DNA of 64,000 nucleotides, from contig SMSO01000034.1 in NCBI GenBank assembly GCA_004764695.1, positions 2,294,001 to 2,358,000 of the forward strand, given 5' to 3'. Below the pieces are notes generated by a model. That model was not told the DNA's origin. It was given only the letters and a program-made list of their open reading frames with translations, and searched no databases. The DNA is from Schizochytrium sp. TIO01. Taxonomy: Eukaryota > Protista > Bigyra: Labyrinthulomycetes. The translations under genes were made by a program, and so were the position numbers. Positions 22,812 through 35,600 of this stretch are shown in pieces (position 1 is the first letter of the stretch; the number at the start of each line of letters is the position of its first letter).

Positions 22812-24746
22812 ATGCTTCTGCGCACTGCTGTAAGTCTGGCTACCCTAGCCGTCGCAACTGCTCAGACAAGTTTTCGTATTGTCCATATCAATGATTTTCA
22901 TGCAAATGTAGAAGGACTCAATGCATATGCTAGCCCTTGTGGCAGTGACCCTAGTGTCTGTGATGGAACGTGGGCGCGTCTTTTCACGCAAGCTAAAAAG
23001 TTCGTCAGCGAGTCTTCCACAGATGTGCTATTCCTTGACGACGGTGACGAATTTATGGGCACCATCTGGAGCACATATTACAAGGGCGCAGAAGCAGCCA
23101 TTTTTCTTAACGAACTGTGCGACACCAACACATCAAATGTGAACCGTGCAGGCTTCGTAGCATGCGTTGGAACTCTGGGCAACCACGAGTTCGACTATGG
23201 ATACGAAACTGTAGCTGAGTACGTGGATACACTCACTTACCCCATCGTTGTTGCGAACCTTGAGGATGAATGTGCAGAGAATGAGGCCGGCACCCACGCG
23301 GCCCAAGCCCTTGGTAGCAACATCGAAAAGTACGTCGTCCGTACAATTGAAGGCGTTCAAGTTGCAATCACAGGCTACCTCACACCAGAAACTGCCTCTA
23401 TCTCGTCCATGCCTAGCTGTGTGACTCTCATTCAAGAAGAAACTGCTCTGGATGCAGTCATTGCTGATCTCGCAACAAACTACCCCGATATCAATATTAT
23501 CTTGAGCGTAGGCCACAGTGGATATGCTCGTGATCAGCAAATTGCTGCAAACGTGGAGGAACTTGATCTCCTCGTGGGCGGCCACTCCCATACTTTCTTA
23601 TGGGGTGATGCTGCTGGTAGCGAAGGCCCCACGTTGTCAGGAGATGCTACTCAAACGTCGCTGGGTGCTTACCCCACCATGGTTGGTAACACGCCTGTGC
23701 TCCAAGCTTATTATGCTGGCGTGTACCTTGGTGCTGTAGACGTTGATTTTGACGATAGCGGCGTGTTGCTCGAGACAACACCGCTCATTTCGTTATTGGG
23801 ATCCGCAGGTGAGGGCAGCGCTGCAGCGGAGCAGTACCAAGTCGAACCGGACCCTGGTATCCAAGCTCTTGTGGCAGAACTCGCTGGCCCCCTTGATACA
23901 TACAAGAACACTGTCGTAGGACAGACTAACATTCAGCTTGTCGGAGACCGCACGGTCGTTCGCTACAAGGAGACTAACTTGGGCAACTTTGTGTGCGACT
24001 CTATGCTTGACAACATTAACACCTTGTCTGACTTTACGGAGTCCTACGGTAGCGTTCCGCTCTGCGTCATCAATGGCGGTGGTGTTCGCGCTGACATCTC
24101 GGTTGGAAATGTCACCGTAGCGGATGTGCTTGCTGTGTTGCCGTTCGCAAACTCCCTTGCCGTTATTAACATCACCGGAGAAGAGCTTTACTATGCCTTG
24201 GAAAGTGCTGTGGCTCGCGTCGGTGAAGGCCAAGGCGAATTCCCGCAGGTTGGTAGCGGAATGCGTGTCGTTTTCGACAAGCGCATTGAGACTGAATGTG
24301 GTCAGTCTACCTCAAAGCCTGATTGCTACACCACAAGCGGTGTACCTGTGAAGCGTGTCCTTGAAGTTTACTACAACGACACCCTTATTGAGAACTCTCC
24401 TGATGTTTTCAACCTTTTAGTAACCAACAATTACATTGCCGTTGGCAAGGATGGTTATGTTGCTTTTGGGGAGGCCGATTTGCTGCTCGAGTATGGTGAT
24501 ATTCTTGCCAGCGTTCTTCAGGACTACATTGGCCTTGCACCTGTTACGGAAGAGCGTGCCAAGGAGGAATGCCGTCTCTATGATATTGTAGATCCTAGTG
24601 CGGCTTGCCAGGAGCTTCTTGGAGCTACTGCCGCACCTACCGCTGGGGAAACGTTTACACCTACAATGACTCCATCATCAGCTGGAATCCAAAGGGCTGG
24701 CATTGTGTTTTCCGCTATGATGCTTATGGCAGCCATGATGGTCTAA
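22812..24746 (+). CDS. Secreted, probably GPI-anchored 5'-nucleotidase (CD73/UshA metallophosphoesterase family)
   Basis: ATG at 22812 with signal peptide; motifs HINDFH, DDGDEFMGT, LGNHEFDYG, GHSGY, VGGHSH, ETNLGNFVCD, NGGGVR, LPFAN, FPQV; Thr/Pro linker, small residues, then a hydrophobic C-terminus with no cytosolic tail (GPI signal). Confidence 0.92.
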   Translation: MLLRTAVSLATLAVATAQTSFRIVHINDFHANVEGLNAYASPCGSDPSVCDGTWARLFTQAKKFVSESSTDVLFLDDGDEFMGTIWSTYYKGAEAAIFLNELCDTNTSNVNRAGFVACVGTLGNHEFDYGYETVAEYVDTLTYPIVVANLEDECAENEAGTHAAQALGSNIEKYVVRTIEGVQVAITGYLTPETASISSMPSCVTLIQEETALDAVIADLATNYPDINIILSVGHSGYARDQQIAANVEELDLLVGGHSHTFLWGDAAGSEGPTLSGDATQTSLGAYPTMVGNTPVLQAYYAGVYLGAVDVDFDDSGVLLETTPLISLLGSAGEGSAAAEQYQVEPDPGIQALVAELAGPLDTYKNTVVGQTNIQLVGDRTVVRYKETNLGNFVCDSMLDNINTLSDFTESYGSVPLCVINGGGVRADISVGNVTVADVLAVLPFANSLAVINITGEELYYALESAVARVGEGQGEFPQVGSGMRVVFDKRIETECGQSTSKPDCYTTSGVPVKRVLEVYYNDTLIENSPDVFNLLVTNNYIAVGKDGYVAFGEADLLLEYGDILASVLQDYIGLAPVTEERAKEECRLYDIVDPSAACQELLGATAAPTAGETFTPTMTPSSAGIQRAGIVFSAMMLMAAMMV

Positions 24747-25387
24747 ACAGCTGTCAAAAAATCAAAATCCCTTACTTTAAGTAAATGTGAAGAAATGTTG
24801 TTTTTCTGTTCATTGATTATTTAATCACACCCGACACGTACATAGGGCAGAATCCAAGAGGCAAGTGTTGCTTACTCATTCCACTTTATTGAAGCTTCTC
24901 GGACGCGCAGAGCTTATGGTGCAGGTCCATTATGTTCCTTCTCATCATTCCCGATCATAGATAGATAGATGCGTCACATCAATGTCAAGTTTGACCAGCT
25001 TGGGTAACACCGCGGTCGTATCGCCACGCGCTAGTGCCAACCTGACAAACCCTTATGATAAGCTTAGCTAGAGACTAGTAAGAAGAATGAAAAGAAAAAA
25101 GAAAAGAAAAAAGAAACAACCATACAACAATCAGAAAAAAGTTGGGTCGTCAACTTCAACTCGGTTCACGCCGGTTTCCCCAGGGTCTGCCATAAGACCT
25201 TGGCTTTGGGGGGATATCCTTGAGGTAGGCTAACTTTCAAACTTTGGTGCTAAGCAGTCCACTCGTTTTGCGAGTTGTTTCTGGGACAATTAGCTCTCGA
25301 GCGAGACTGGCTTTGCCGCTCTGGTTCCGGTCTCAAGGAGGCAGGCAACGAGCTTCGCAAAGTTTCACTAGAAAAACTCAAAGAAAT

Positions 25388-26428
25388 ATGGCAACCCAAC
25401 TTCGTGTGTGGATGGGCCTATACCTGTTTTCAGGAGTTATGCAACCGCTTCTGATGGATCAGGTTAAATATATGGGCGCTACGAGCGAATGGCCTCCAAC
25501 GCTTTTGCCCCTTCTAGCACGTTGTGTCGGTATGTACTTCGTCAAGTTTGTGGCCGAGCTACTTGTGAAGCTTGGCATCACAGAAAAGTCTCTTGGAAGG
25601 CCACAAGTTCAGGATAAGGTCATTTACGCAGAAACTGAGAGTGGGCAATTGTCAAAAAAACTTCTTGCTGTTGCTGTAGCAATCGATATTTCTAGCGGGA
25701 TGCTTACGACAAGTGGCTTGTTGCTCGTCGGCTCAGGAGTTTACACCGTCATTTACTCTTCAACGACTGCCTTCACAGCTGTCATGTCATGGTTCCTTGG
25801 TCAACATCTAGTGAGTGGACAGATCATCAGCATAGCCATGATTACCATGGGTCTTGTCATCAATGGGCTCGCGGTAATCGATGCTGCGGGCTCAGCTTCC
25901 AGCGCAGAGGCGCTTCATGTCGCCCTTGGTATCATTTGTGTTCTGCTGGGTACGGTGTTACATGCTGCTGCATATGTGTTCAACGAAAGGGTAATCAAAA
26001 CTCACAATGTGTCACCCTTTGTGCTTTGTTCTCAAATGGGCGCCGTTGAAGCAAGCTTGCTGGCCATCTACAATCTTGGGCTCATTACTGTATATGGCTC
26101 CGACTTCCTTTACCTTGATTCTATTAGGGCCACTGGAACCTCGTCATCTGATGTCGCAATTGGGTACTTAGCCTTGATGTTTATGGACTCTCTGCATGCG
26201 CTATCATTCTTTGCGATGCTTGGACAGCTGGGCGCTGTGACAACTGGTGTATTGAAATCGTTACTTGCAGTAAGTGTGTTTTCTTTTGCTGCTATATTTT
26301 TTTGTGACAAGGAAGCAACCCAATGTTTTTCTGTAATGAAAGCAGCCTCATTGCTTGTTGTACTTTTTGGTAGTGCTGCGTACCGCATCTCCACTGACCA
26401 AGCCAGGGTCATGGAGCGTGCAAAGTAA
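25388..26428 (+). CDS. Drug/metabolite transporter (DMT/SLC35-like) membrane protein, ~9-10 TM
   Basis: ATG at 25388 (MATQLRV); GLLLVGSGVYTVIYSSTTAFTAVMS, YVFNERVIK and LGAVTTGVLKSL resemble nucleotide-sugar/SLC35-type DMT repeats. Confidence 0.78.
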   Translation: MATQLRVWMGLYLFSGVMQPLLMDQVKYMGATSEWPPTLLPLLARCVGMYFVKFVAELLVKLGITEKSLGRPQVQDKVIYAETESGQLSKKLLAVAVAIDISSGMLTTSGLLLVGSGVYTVIYSSTTAFTAVMSWFLGQHLVSGQIISIAMITMGLVINGLAVIDAAGSASSAEALHVALGIICVLLGTVLHAAAYVFNERVIKTHNVSPFVLCSQMGAVEASLLAIYNLGLITVYGSDFLYLDSIRATGTSSSDVAIGYLALMFMDSLHALSFFAMLGQLGAVTTGVLKSLLAVSVFSFAAIFFCDKEATQCFSVMKAASLLVVLFGSAAYRISTDQARVMERAK

Positions 26429-26690
26429 TGTTAAAGATTTAGAGTTCTGAAACTATCATCATAGCCTTGGACTTTGAAGTCGATGACGACTGGTTTTTAT
26501 GACATTTGTGTAGAACCTAAAATATTATACTATCATCAATCTTAAATTACATGTAGATACTTATTTAGACTCTTTGATTTCCTTCTACATCGGCGTTCAT
26601 TGTTATGCGTGTTTGAAGCAGATTTGAAGTCAAAGTGACAGGGGCTTTGTCAAAATGTCAACTTTCGCATTCACGTCTTTAGCCTTAAAT

Positions 26691-29600
26691 TCAAAAAGAT
26701 GAGCGTGAGGTCTCTGAGTCGACAGACAAAAAACTACTTGCGCTTGAGCTAGCAGTAGTGGGTGAAGTTGACGCTTTTGATCCTGATGAAAACTTTTCCT
26801 GTAAATATGATTTTGTATTGCGGACAGAACGAGCATTATGAACTCTCTTCCAAAGTGGCTCCCGACCCCACGGCTTCCCACTCCACATATTTCGGCGAAG
26901 TAAAAGAGGATAATCATCGAGCTGCAGAAAACCAATATCCTGTGCCTCAAATTGATTTCCATGTGCCTTTAATTCAATCTGAACAGCATTGTCAAAAGGT
27001 CGATACTTATGAGCTACACCTGGAATCCATGTACCAAGATCTGCTACAAATAGTTCTACGGCCCATCGAATAATTTGTGAGCTTGGTGGACGTGACAACC
27101 GCTTTAAAAGGCTGAGTGGTTGATGTGGTCCCATCATTCGGACAAACTCGTCTAAATTAATGCGTCCATCACCATCTTTATCAATAATACTGATAAAGTC
27201 ACGAATAGCTTCCTTGTTCGGCAGTATCTCCTCTACATCTAATATCTCAAGCGCTCTTTGAAACTCATCGGCGTCAACGAGGCCTGTGCGGTCCTGATCG
27301 AAAACCCTGAAAACCTTCTCCAAATCAAATCCCCCAGGTAGAGCATCAGGATTGGAATATTCAAAAACACGAAACCTGAGCTCTGCAAGGGCACTTCGTC
27401 TGGCTTGATCCCGGAAAAACTCAGCCCCCCAGACGTCCGCTTCGTCTTCGGAGTCCACTAATTCATCTAAAAGGCACGCTCTCTCTTCCTCTGTAATTTC
27501 CTGGTCGTAATCAATATTTTCTGAATCAGAGGGATTCTCCACGCTTTCTTCGTCATTTATAGGTAAAGCTTCATCTCCACTTGCTCCAGAGATTGGAGAT
27601 GTGACATGACGAGACTCCATTACAATCATCGCATCTTCCAAGGCCTTGAAGAATAATTTGCAATCAATCAAATTGTCGTCAGACTTGTCGCCAACCCTGA
27701 ATGCTTGCCAATCCACTTCTTCAAGCATTTCGGGGACCAGGCCCGCGTCCTCAAGATAATCACAAAGAACCTTTTGAACATCTCCATATGGGACAATACA
27801 ACTATCTCCCCCGATTGAACGGAATTTAGCTCGAAGATACATTATGCCCGCAGTTCGGTTTTTATGTAAGGTCTGGCTGAGCCAAGACAGGGCATCTACC
27901 GCAGGTGGATTACATATATTTTCCCATGCATCTAAGGACAGCGGGTCTGGGAACAGATCTAAAAACATATTGAGTAATTCATCCATCTCCTCTGCATCCT
28001 GAATGCCTTCTACTGTGCGCAAGAAAACAAGGCATTCTAAACGACGCTTCAAAAGGTCTAATAATGCACCGTGAGGTATTTGAGAATCAAAGCCATGTCG
28101 AAGAAACACGCGTCTCGCATCACCCATACTTTCGACTCGCTCACGAACGTGAAGTAAAAGACCGGTTAAAATTTTGCTCGTTTCTTCAAACGGTGAAAGC
28201 ATTTTACTCACACGCTCAAAAAGGTCGTTTGTACTTATGCTTACACACAGGTATAGACGGAGGATACTCTTGCATTCTTGAATTGAAAACCAACCCAGGA
28301 CACCCTGCGCAACTGTCAAACGAAGTTGAAGACCACCTGTGCTGTGATCTGTCAATCTCCAGGCATCAACCTCCACAAGTTCTGCGGTATTCGGCGAAGT
28401 GATAAGCTTTCCTATCCACCGTACACGCTGAAATGCTGCCTTTAGAGAGTCAAGGTCTGTGCCACGTTTATCGTTCGAGGACTGCAAATACACTCGTTGA
28501 GCAAAAATCTTGCTCTGAGTAGGTGGCATCCACACTGCTCTTTCTAGAGTTTTACTACCAGACTCTCCTACCTCAACTCCACTAAAGTCAATTTTCATCA
28601 CCCTTGGATCCCGATTAGAATCCCCAGAAGTAGGGGGGAGCACGGCAAGGAGTGAGTAGAGTTCCGCCTGCTTGCAGCGCGCCCGAGCAGGAACATGTTC
28701 ATATCCTTTTCCTGCTGTAACTTTTCTCTTTTTGGAGAAGTTGAGCTTGACGGTTAATTGATATTTTGTACTGTTCCACGCTGCGCTCAGTATCGCTTTA
28801 TCAGTTTCAACCTGCTCTACTGTAACCGGAGAATCGAGAAAAGCTCGTGTAAGTCCATAAACATCAAGTTCAGCACAGGCAAGGGCTAAAGCATGCACAC
28901 GAGAAAGTATCTCATCGTTTTGATTTTGTGGTGCTTCATTTTGAAAAGACTCCAGCTCCAGCGATCGTGTGAATATTCTTTGTGATCTCTTGGCTTTAGT
29001 TTCCACCCATGCATATGACTTGGTGGCGCTTCGTTGAAGATACCGAAATGATTTGAAACGGGCATTATCGATGGCTTGAATAGAATCTTTAGTGGTTTCT
29101 TTGGGCGGATCTGACTGTAATGCACGAAAAAGAGCTAAGCCTACTTGAGATGTGTCGTGAATAGGATGAATATCTGTTATTGCACTTGCCAAATCAAATG
29201 CCATTTTACTGATGAGAGCTTCATCATTCAGAACCAACGTAGCCTGAAGAACTTCCAGCACACTTTTTTGAGCCCGTCTTTCACTGAGACAGTTAAGAGG
29301 AATTTCTTTGGTCATATCTGTAATGCCAAAACTCCGCATTAATTTCTGCAGCTCAGCAATTCGCCCAGGCACATCAATACTGGCCTTTACTTGTTGCTCC
29401 TCAGCTAGTAGACCATAGACCGGCGCTTTTCGTTGAGTCTCGTCCTGTTGCTCTTCGGCATCAAATGGGGCAAGAAAAAGCTTCAGACGTAGAATCTCCT
29501 TAGACAAGCGTGGCGCGTCCAAAGTAAGAGAGGACACCAACCCATGCCGAAAAGGCATTTGTATAGCTTCAACAATGGTAGCGTGCTCTCTTTGTACAAC

Positions 29601-32600
29601 TCTCCCCTCTGCAGAACGCAATAAAAAGCCTCGACTTGCGGCCTGAATTCGAGTTGCTGCTTTCACCTGACGGGTTTCTCTCTGCGCCATCGCATCGCTT
29701 CTCACCAGCCATCCTCGAACACGAGTTTGGATTTTCGTAGCAGCACGCTTTTGAGAGGCAATAAGCTCCACCTGTTTTTGCCGAATGTTGTGCAGGCGAA
29801 CTCGACGCTGTCTTGCTTGTTTTCCTCGAATTACTCTTTGCAAAGCAACCGCACCATTCCTCTGATCAGACATCATTTTGACATACTCCCTTTGCTTAGC
29901 AACGACTCGTCTAGCATCTTTCATAGCAGCATTCCGCCGAAAAAAATGTTGCACTTTCTTAGCACTGCGATCAATAAAGGTGCGGCTTGCTTCTAATTTT
30001 GCGAGTACTTTAACAAGAAGTGGGTCAGGATACCCATCTGCTTGATATTTCTGATAAGAAGAGCAATCATAAATCATCTCAATCGAGTCAACCCCAAGCC
30101 GTAAGGATCGACCATCCTGTAGAATGAGAAGTTCATCAACTTCATCATAACATGAAACCCGTGAGCTTTGCAGACGTTGCAGTTTACTGTTCTCTGAGGA
30201 TGCGTGGTTTACCGGTGCAGAGATTAAAACCCCCCAATTCACCTCGTGTAAAGTTTTGGAACGTTTCTTTCGAAAGAAACCCAGGTCGCCACGTCGTTTA
30301 GTAGCTTCGTGCAGATGTGCTTGCATGGTTTCAAGCTTCTGCTCAAGCAGCTCGCGTCGTGTTAGACCTCTTCTTGTTGAGGTTTCGGTCAAACGGCGTG
30401 ATTGCTCACGAAGGGCGCTCAAGACACTGTCAAGCGCAGCTTGTTTTCGGAATATATACTTTTCAATGTAAAGGACAAACTCCTCAACACTGATTCTACC
30501 ATCTTTATCAACATCGAGACTGCGAAAGAGCTGTTTCACCGAAGACGCGTCCATGACTCCAAGAGATCGCATGCCGCTCGAAAATTCAAACTGATCCAGC
30601 ATTCCACTGTCATTAGCATCTAATTTTTCAAACAATCGCCGTGAAACACTTTTGAAGTCATTCAGTAGCGCACCATGACCACTTTTCTTAATAAGTGACA
30701 ACAGGTGCTGGATTATCCGATCATTGGCGTCACCAATGAGTTCTTCGTCAGCAATACCATTGTTCGTTAAGATCTGCATCACAAGTTGATGTACAATAAT
30801 GTCTTCATTTGCTAGGTGAAAGCGCTGACATAGTCTCTCAACGAATCTGCTGCTCGCGAACTGCTCATCGGGTTCCATGAATGATTGTACGATTTCTGCA
30901 AATGCCTTCAGATTTAGTTTGGTGGGCCATTTACCCTCCTTATAATGTTCCTGCAGATGAGCTACAAACTTTTCCACCGTATTCTCAAAGCTCCGCTCCT
31001 CTGCCGCTAGTGACTTCAGCCATGCTTGCCGCACCACATCTATCGGCAGATTCTCCTGAGCAAACGATTCCAGCTTGCTTTTCACTTCCAAAATAGGGCT
31101 ATTTATGGACAGATCCTGAACTTTCGAGAGTACAGATACAAGGTTGTCAGCGGATTGTGATAGTGTAGACCTTGCACTAGCCATTGGAGAAGAATCTTGT
31201 AAATCAAAGAACTGCATAAAATGCTCACGGGTGCATGATTTGGGTTGACTAGCCATAAGAGCTTTAGAAATTGATCTCACTATATCAAGGCGATCGTCAT
31301 TTGCACTTTGTATCGAAAGTAGAGCACGCATGCTCCCTTCAAATTCATCAATGTCAATTACACCGTCTCCATCCATGTCAAAGAGATCGAAAACCTCATC
31401 TGCGCCCTGTGCTTGGTCTACTATATCGTGCAGTATGGAAAACATACTGAGTTGCTCTGCACGCGTTGCAGACATAACCGGCTTCTCATTTCGAGTGTTC
31501 TCCTCGAAATCTTCATACTCTGATGTCGAGTTGGAACTCTTCTGAGCTGCGTCAAGTTTTGCTCCTTTAGAAAGATGCTCAATAATAGCCTGCGCGCCCT
31601 GCATCTGTGTATTCTTTGTGATCACTGTTGAATTGCTTGACAACATACCCAAAGCTTTGAGCATAGGCACTGTGCTTGCATATTCTGCTGGTGTACGTCC
31701 ATAATTGTCTGCTAGGGATACATCAGCTCCAGCTTTGAGCAATGCTTTCACCAGATCTGTACGATGAATTATGACAGCTTGATGAAGGGCACTCATGCCC
31801 TTTTCATTTCGAGCAGTGAGGAATCGTGGGTTTCCCGACAGCTTGTTTGTCAGCTCTTCTGCTGGCGTTGCCTTCAATTCCTCAAGGAGCAAAAAGTCAC
31901 TAGCCTCCGAAAGCAAAAGCTCTGGATCTTGTTTGCTGTCACGACTCTTTGTCTTAAAGCATAACATGGCGGCCACGCGCTGGGATTGTTGGTGTTCCTT
32001 ACCGGGTTGAAAATCTTTTCTTCGAATCGAAAGTCTTATTTGGCCATGCGGACTTAGGTCATACCACATACACCCCGCCTCTGATACATCTTCAAGAAGC
32101 GGAATCTTTGCATAGCCTAGCAGAGGCTCTTGGTCAATTTGTGAAAGCTCCACACCTAAATATGGTGTTTCCATCTTGTTATTACAACCTGAAAAGTGCA
32201 AGTCCATTGTGTTCTGCTCTGATCGAGTCCAGCGAATGTGTTTGTTATTTCCCCAGCTAAGTGCAGTTTCGGCACAGCCTTGAGGTCGTGTCGGGCCCCA
32301 AGGAAGAACTTCACAACGCACTTTGAGTCTGCGTAGACTTTGATCAGTGCCTTCTGAAAAATTCCGGGCCTCGACAACACGAACTTCAATCATGCAAGGG
32401 GTGTACAAGCTGTCTGCGGGTATTTGGTCCTTTGGAACGTTTTCTGAAGATCCTGTATCAGAGTTTCTTTCTTCCAAATTTATGTCTGAGAGTTTTAGCA
32501 TACCACAACGTTGTTCATTGTCGGAGGTGTCTTGTGTCCAAATCTTGACAAGCAAAGCAACATCGTTGTCCTGAGAACGCATCCAATGTGTAAATTTTGT

Positions 32601-35600
32601 GCGTTCTAGGACCGGGCCAAGTTCTACCTGAAATGCAAAACACGCCCCACCTTCACTAAGCAGCTCAAATTTTACAGAATCTTCTACTCCAAAATATTTT
32701 TCACGAAACGCAAAGCCTTCATTCCAATCAATAACGCCCTGCTGGTTGGCAGAAACAGACGATGTTTCTCGCTTGTTTCCTTGACCACGGGCGTTTGCAT
32801 AAACTCTGACAGAAAACTTTTGGCTGCGAGACCCCACCTTCGCACGAACAACATGGATATGTAGACCTTTGCCTTGACGAGAACGTAAACCTCCTGTCAG
32901 AGATATTTCCTTGCTCTCAGCAAAGCCTGAACTAAGAAGTTGTTCAATCTCTACAACCTGGGTTTGGCCAACAAGCTCAGAATCTTCCCATACCTTGAAA
33001 ACGCATTGGCCAGTTCTAGACTTGAGCACAGGAAACCGCATGGATCCATAAGCAGGCGATTCCCCCATATGCTTTGCGATCATGGAACGTGCTAGCTCAC
33101 GATTGTCTTCGAGATCCTGAATCGTACAATATGTACTCAAAGAAGCTTGTTTACTGCCCATTGCACCAACCACACCAGATGCAGACACCTTCATACTCAA
33201 GTATCCTAAGATCTGTTTTGACCGTCTCGTTAGATAGCCTCGAGCTAACGCAGTCATTTTCACCGCCGCTCTATGTTGGGAAACATCATCGAAAAGATGA
33301 TCATTCGGCTTAAACCTAACTTCAACTCGAACTGTGGGGTGGATAGCTTGAGGTTCGATACTCTGTATATCAAGTTCAGTAATTTCCTGCTCCAAAACAG
33401 GATTTCTCAAATTTCTGTCATGAAAAAGCTGAGCTAGAAACTTGATACCAGCGTCTCGTTGGTCTTCGAGAATTCCGGGAAATAGTATGGCAGCTTCATT
33501 GCAATCTGATGCAAGATCCCAGATATGTACGCAATCCGCTTGTTCGTCTATAAATTTAGGCAGTGGATACTGACCTACTACTTCACATCGTAAATAGAAG
33601 GAGCAGCTGTTTGAACCTATTACAGGTCGCACGTGTAACGTCCCTTGAAGTGCCCTGGGGAGTGGAAGTCTTAATGCGTGATATTGTCCACTTAATTGAA
33701 TACCTGGTCGTCGTATTAGGTCTTGGGTGTGCTGAATTATTCGAAGAAAAGTTGTACTTTTCAGATCATGTGGAAGCAGATCCAAATGCAGAACTCCTTT
33801 GGACGGATCATTAACGCTATCTTGCGGTGGAATGGGAATACGGAATTCCGCTAGAGATGCTGCATCAGGAACGACAGGAAGTTCTTCACCATCAAGTGAG
33901 GCCCTGATATCATGACCACCATACTTTAGTCCAAGCTGAAGGACTCCTCCAGCTCGCATTAACTCTTGGCGTGACAAATATTCGGAATGCACAATTTTAG
34001 CCGCAACCTGTCTGGCTAGCTCAGAAAGGCTATCTGCTGTTTCTCTTGGGACTTCTTCAATAAATGTTTTGGCAATATGGGAACTTAGTAGTAAGGATAA
34101 GATCTCATCTTCATGATCTTGAGGGTCCTCTTTCGATGCATCTTCCAGCGCATCACGATCGTAGAGAGCTTTGACACGCACATCAAGAGCCTCCTGCAAA
34201 TAGACTTTACGCTCATCCCTTGCAAGACGCTGGTTGATTGCCTCAAGTACACTATTTGAGTCTAACCCTTCAACGCCATACTGCACAAACCGGAGAGCTA
34301 AATCTTGAACTGTTAGTTTATTTTGAATAACAGTTGAGTACAAACCAAGAGCTGTAAGCTCCACCTCCGTGACAGGATTACCTAGCTCAACAATATCCAT
34401 ATTTATACTCTTTAAAGCACGGAGGAGCTCTACTGCATGAAACGGACGGTGATTTTGAATAAATGTCTCTATGACATGATGTCTGGACTTTCGATCTTGC
34501 AAGTCACGGGATCGTAAAAGCTCGTCATGCTGCTCGATTATTAGCATCTGCTCTCTTAGCTGCTCTGGTGGATCTGCCCTTTCTCCAACTAGATTCTCAG
34601 CATAAAGAATGTCAGCTCGACTTTGCACTCGAAGATGGTCTCGTCTCGTTCCAAGAGATTTGCCAAGATCACTTTGCTTTGTTTCAATCCAAGCTTTTAG
34701 ACTTAGTGCTTCTTGGTCAACCACAGCACGTTGTTGCAACATTTTCTCAATTGCTCTCGATGTTTCAATGATATCTTCCATCGATGGCAAACCCTCCTGC
34801 CGGAAAAGCTTAGCCTCGACAATTTTGGCAGCTCTAGGATCCTTCATGTTCAAATGAGGAAGATAAAGGCGAAGCTGATCTAAGATAAAAATCTTGCGTT
34901 CCTGCTCAAAAAACACAAGTTCGCGTATAATAGTTTGTGCATCCTTTTGATTCGAGTTTGTTTGGTACAATTTACTTAGTTTGTCATGTATACGACTTTG
35001 ACGCAACATCACATGTATATTGCAGGCCGCCTGGAGGAGGAAGTCATACTGCATCGGGTCGAGCACGGTTTTTCCAGACGCATATGCTGCAGAGTATGCC
35101 TTTGAAAAATTATACATTTGTTCTTGAACTTCAATCTCAAACTCCCAGAGCCTCTCTGGAGGCATACCAGGCGCGAGGCTAATTAGTTTTGCTAATTCAG
35201 TAATGTTTTGAAGGTTCCCTTCCACGTGTTTATGTCCAGTACGTTGTTGCTCTACTCCAACATGCAAAATTTTTGGCATGGCTTGGAGAACTTTATTTGA
35301 CTCTTCGTTGAGACGAGTAGCCTGGTTGATCATTTCAGTGCGTTTCCGAATAGCAAGATCCATGCTGTCGAGAGTGACTTCGGTGGTTATTTCGGAAGAT
35401 AATTCTAATACAGCAGTATCATATTTCACTATAGAAGTACGAAGAGTAAGTGTACCGGTTGCTCCTTTCCCTTGGAGTAACACAATTTCTTCAGCTAGCT
35501 CCTTCGAACAGTTGATAGAAAGATAGCCGAGCCGGTCATCCATAAGGGAAAATGAGTCTTTATCGCGAACCTCAATCTTTATAGGAATATTGTCTTCAGT

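Noticed and set aside
25180-25203. Hairpin CCAGGGTCT-GCCATA-AGACCTTGG upstream of the transporter
   Set aside because: A single 9-bp stem is expected by chance, and it matches no riboswitch consensus.
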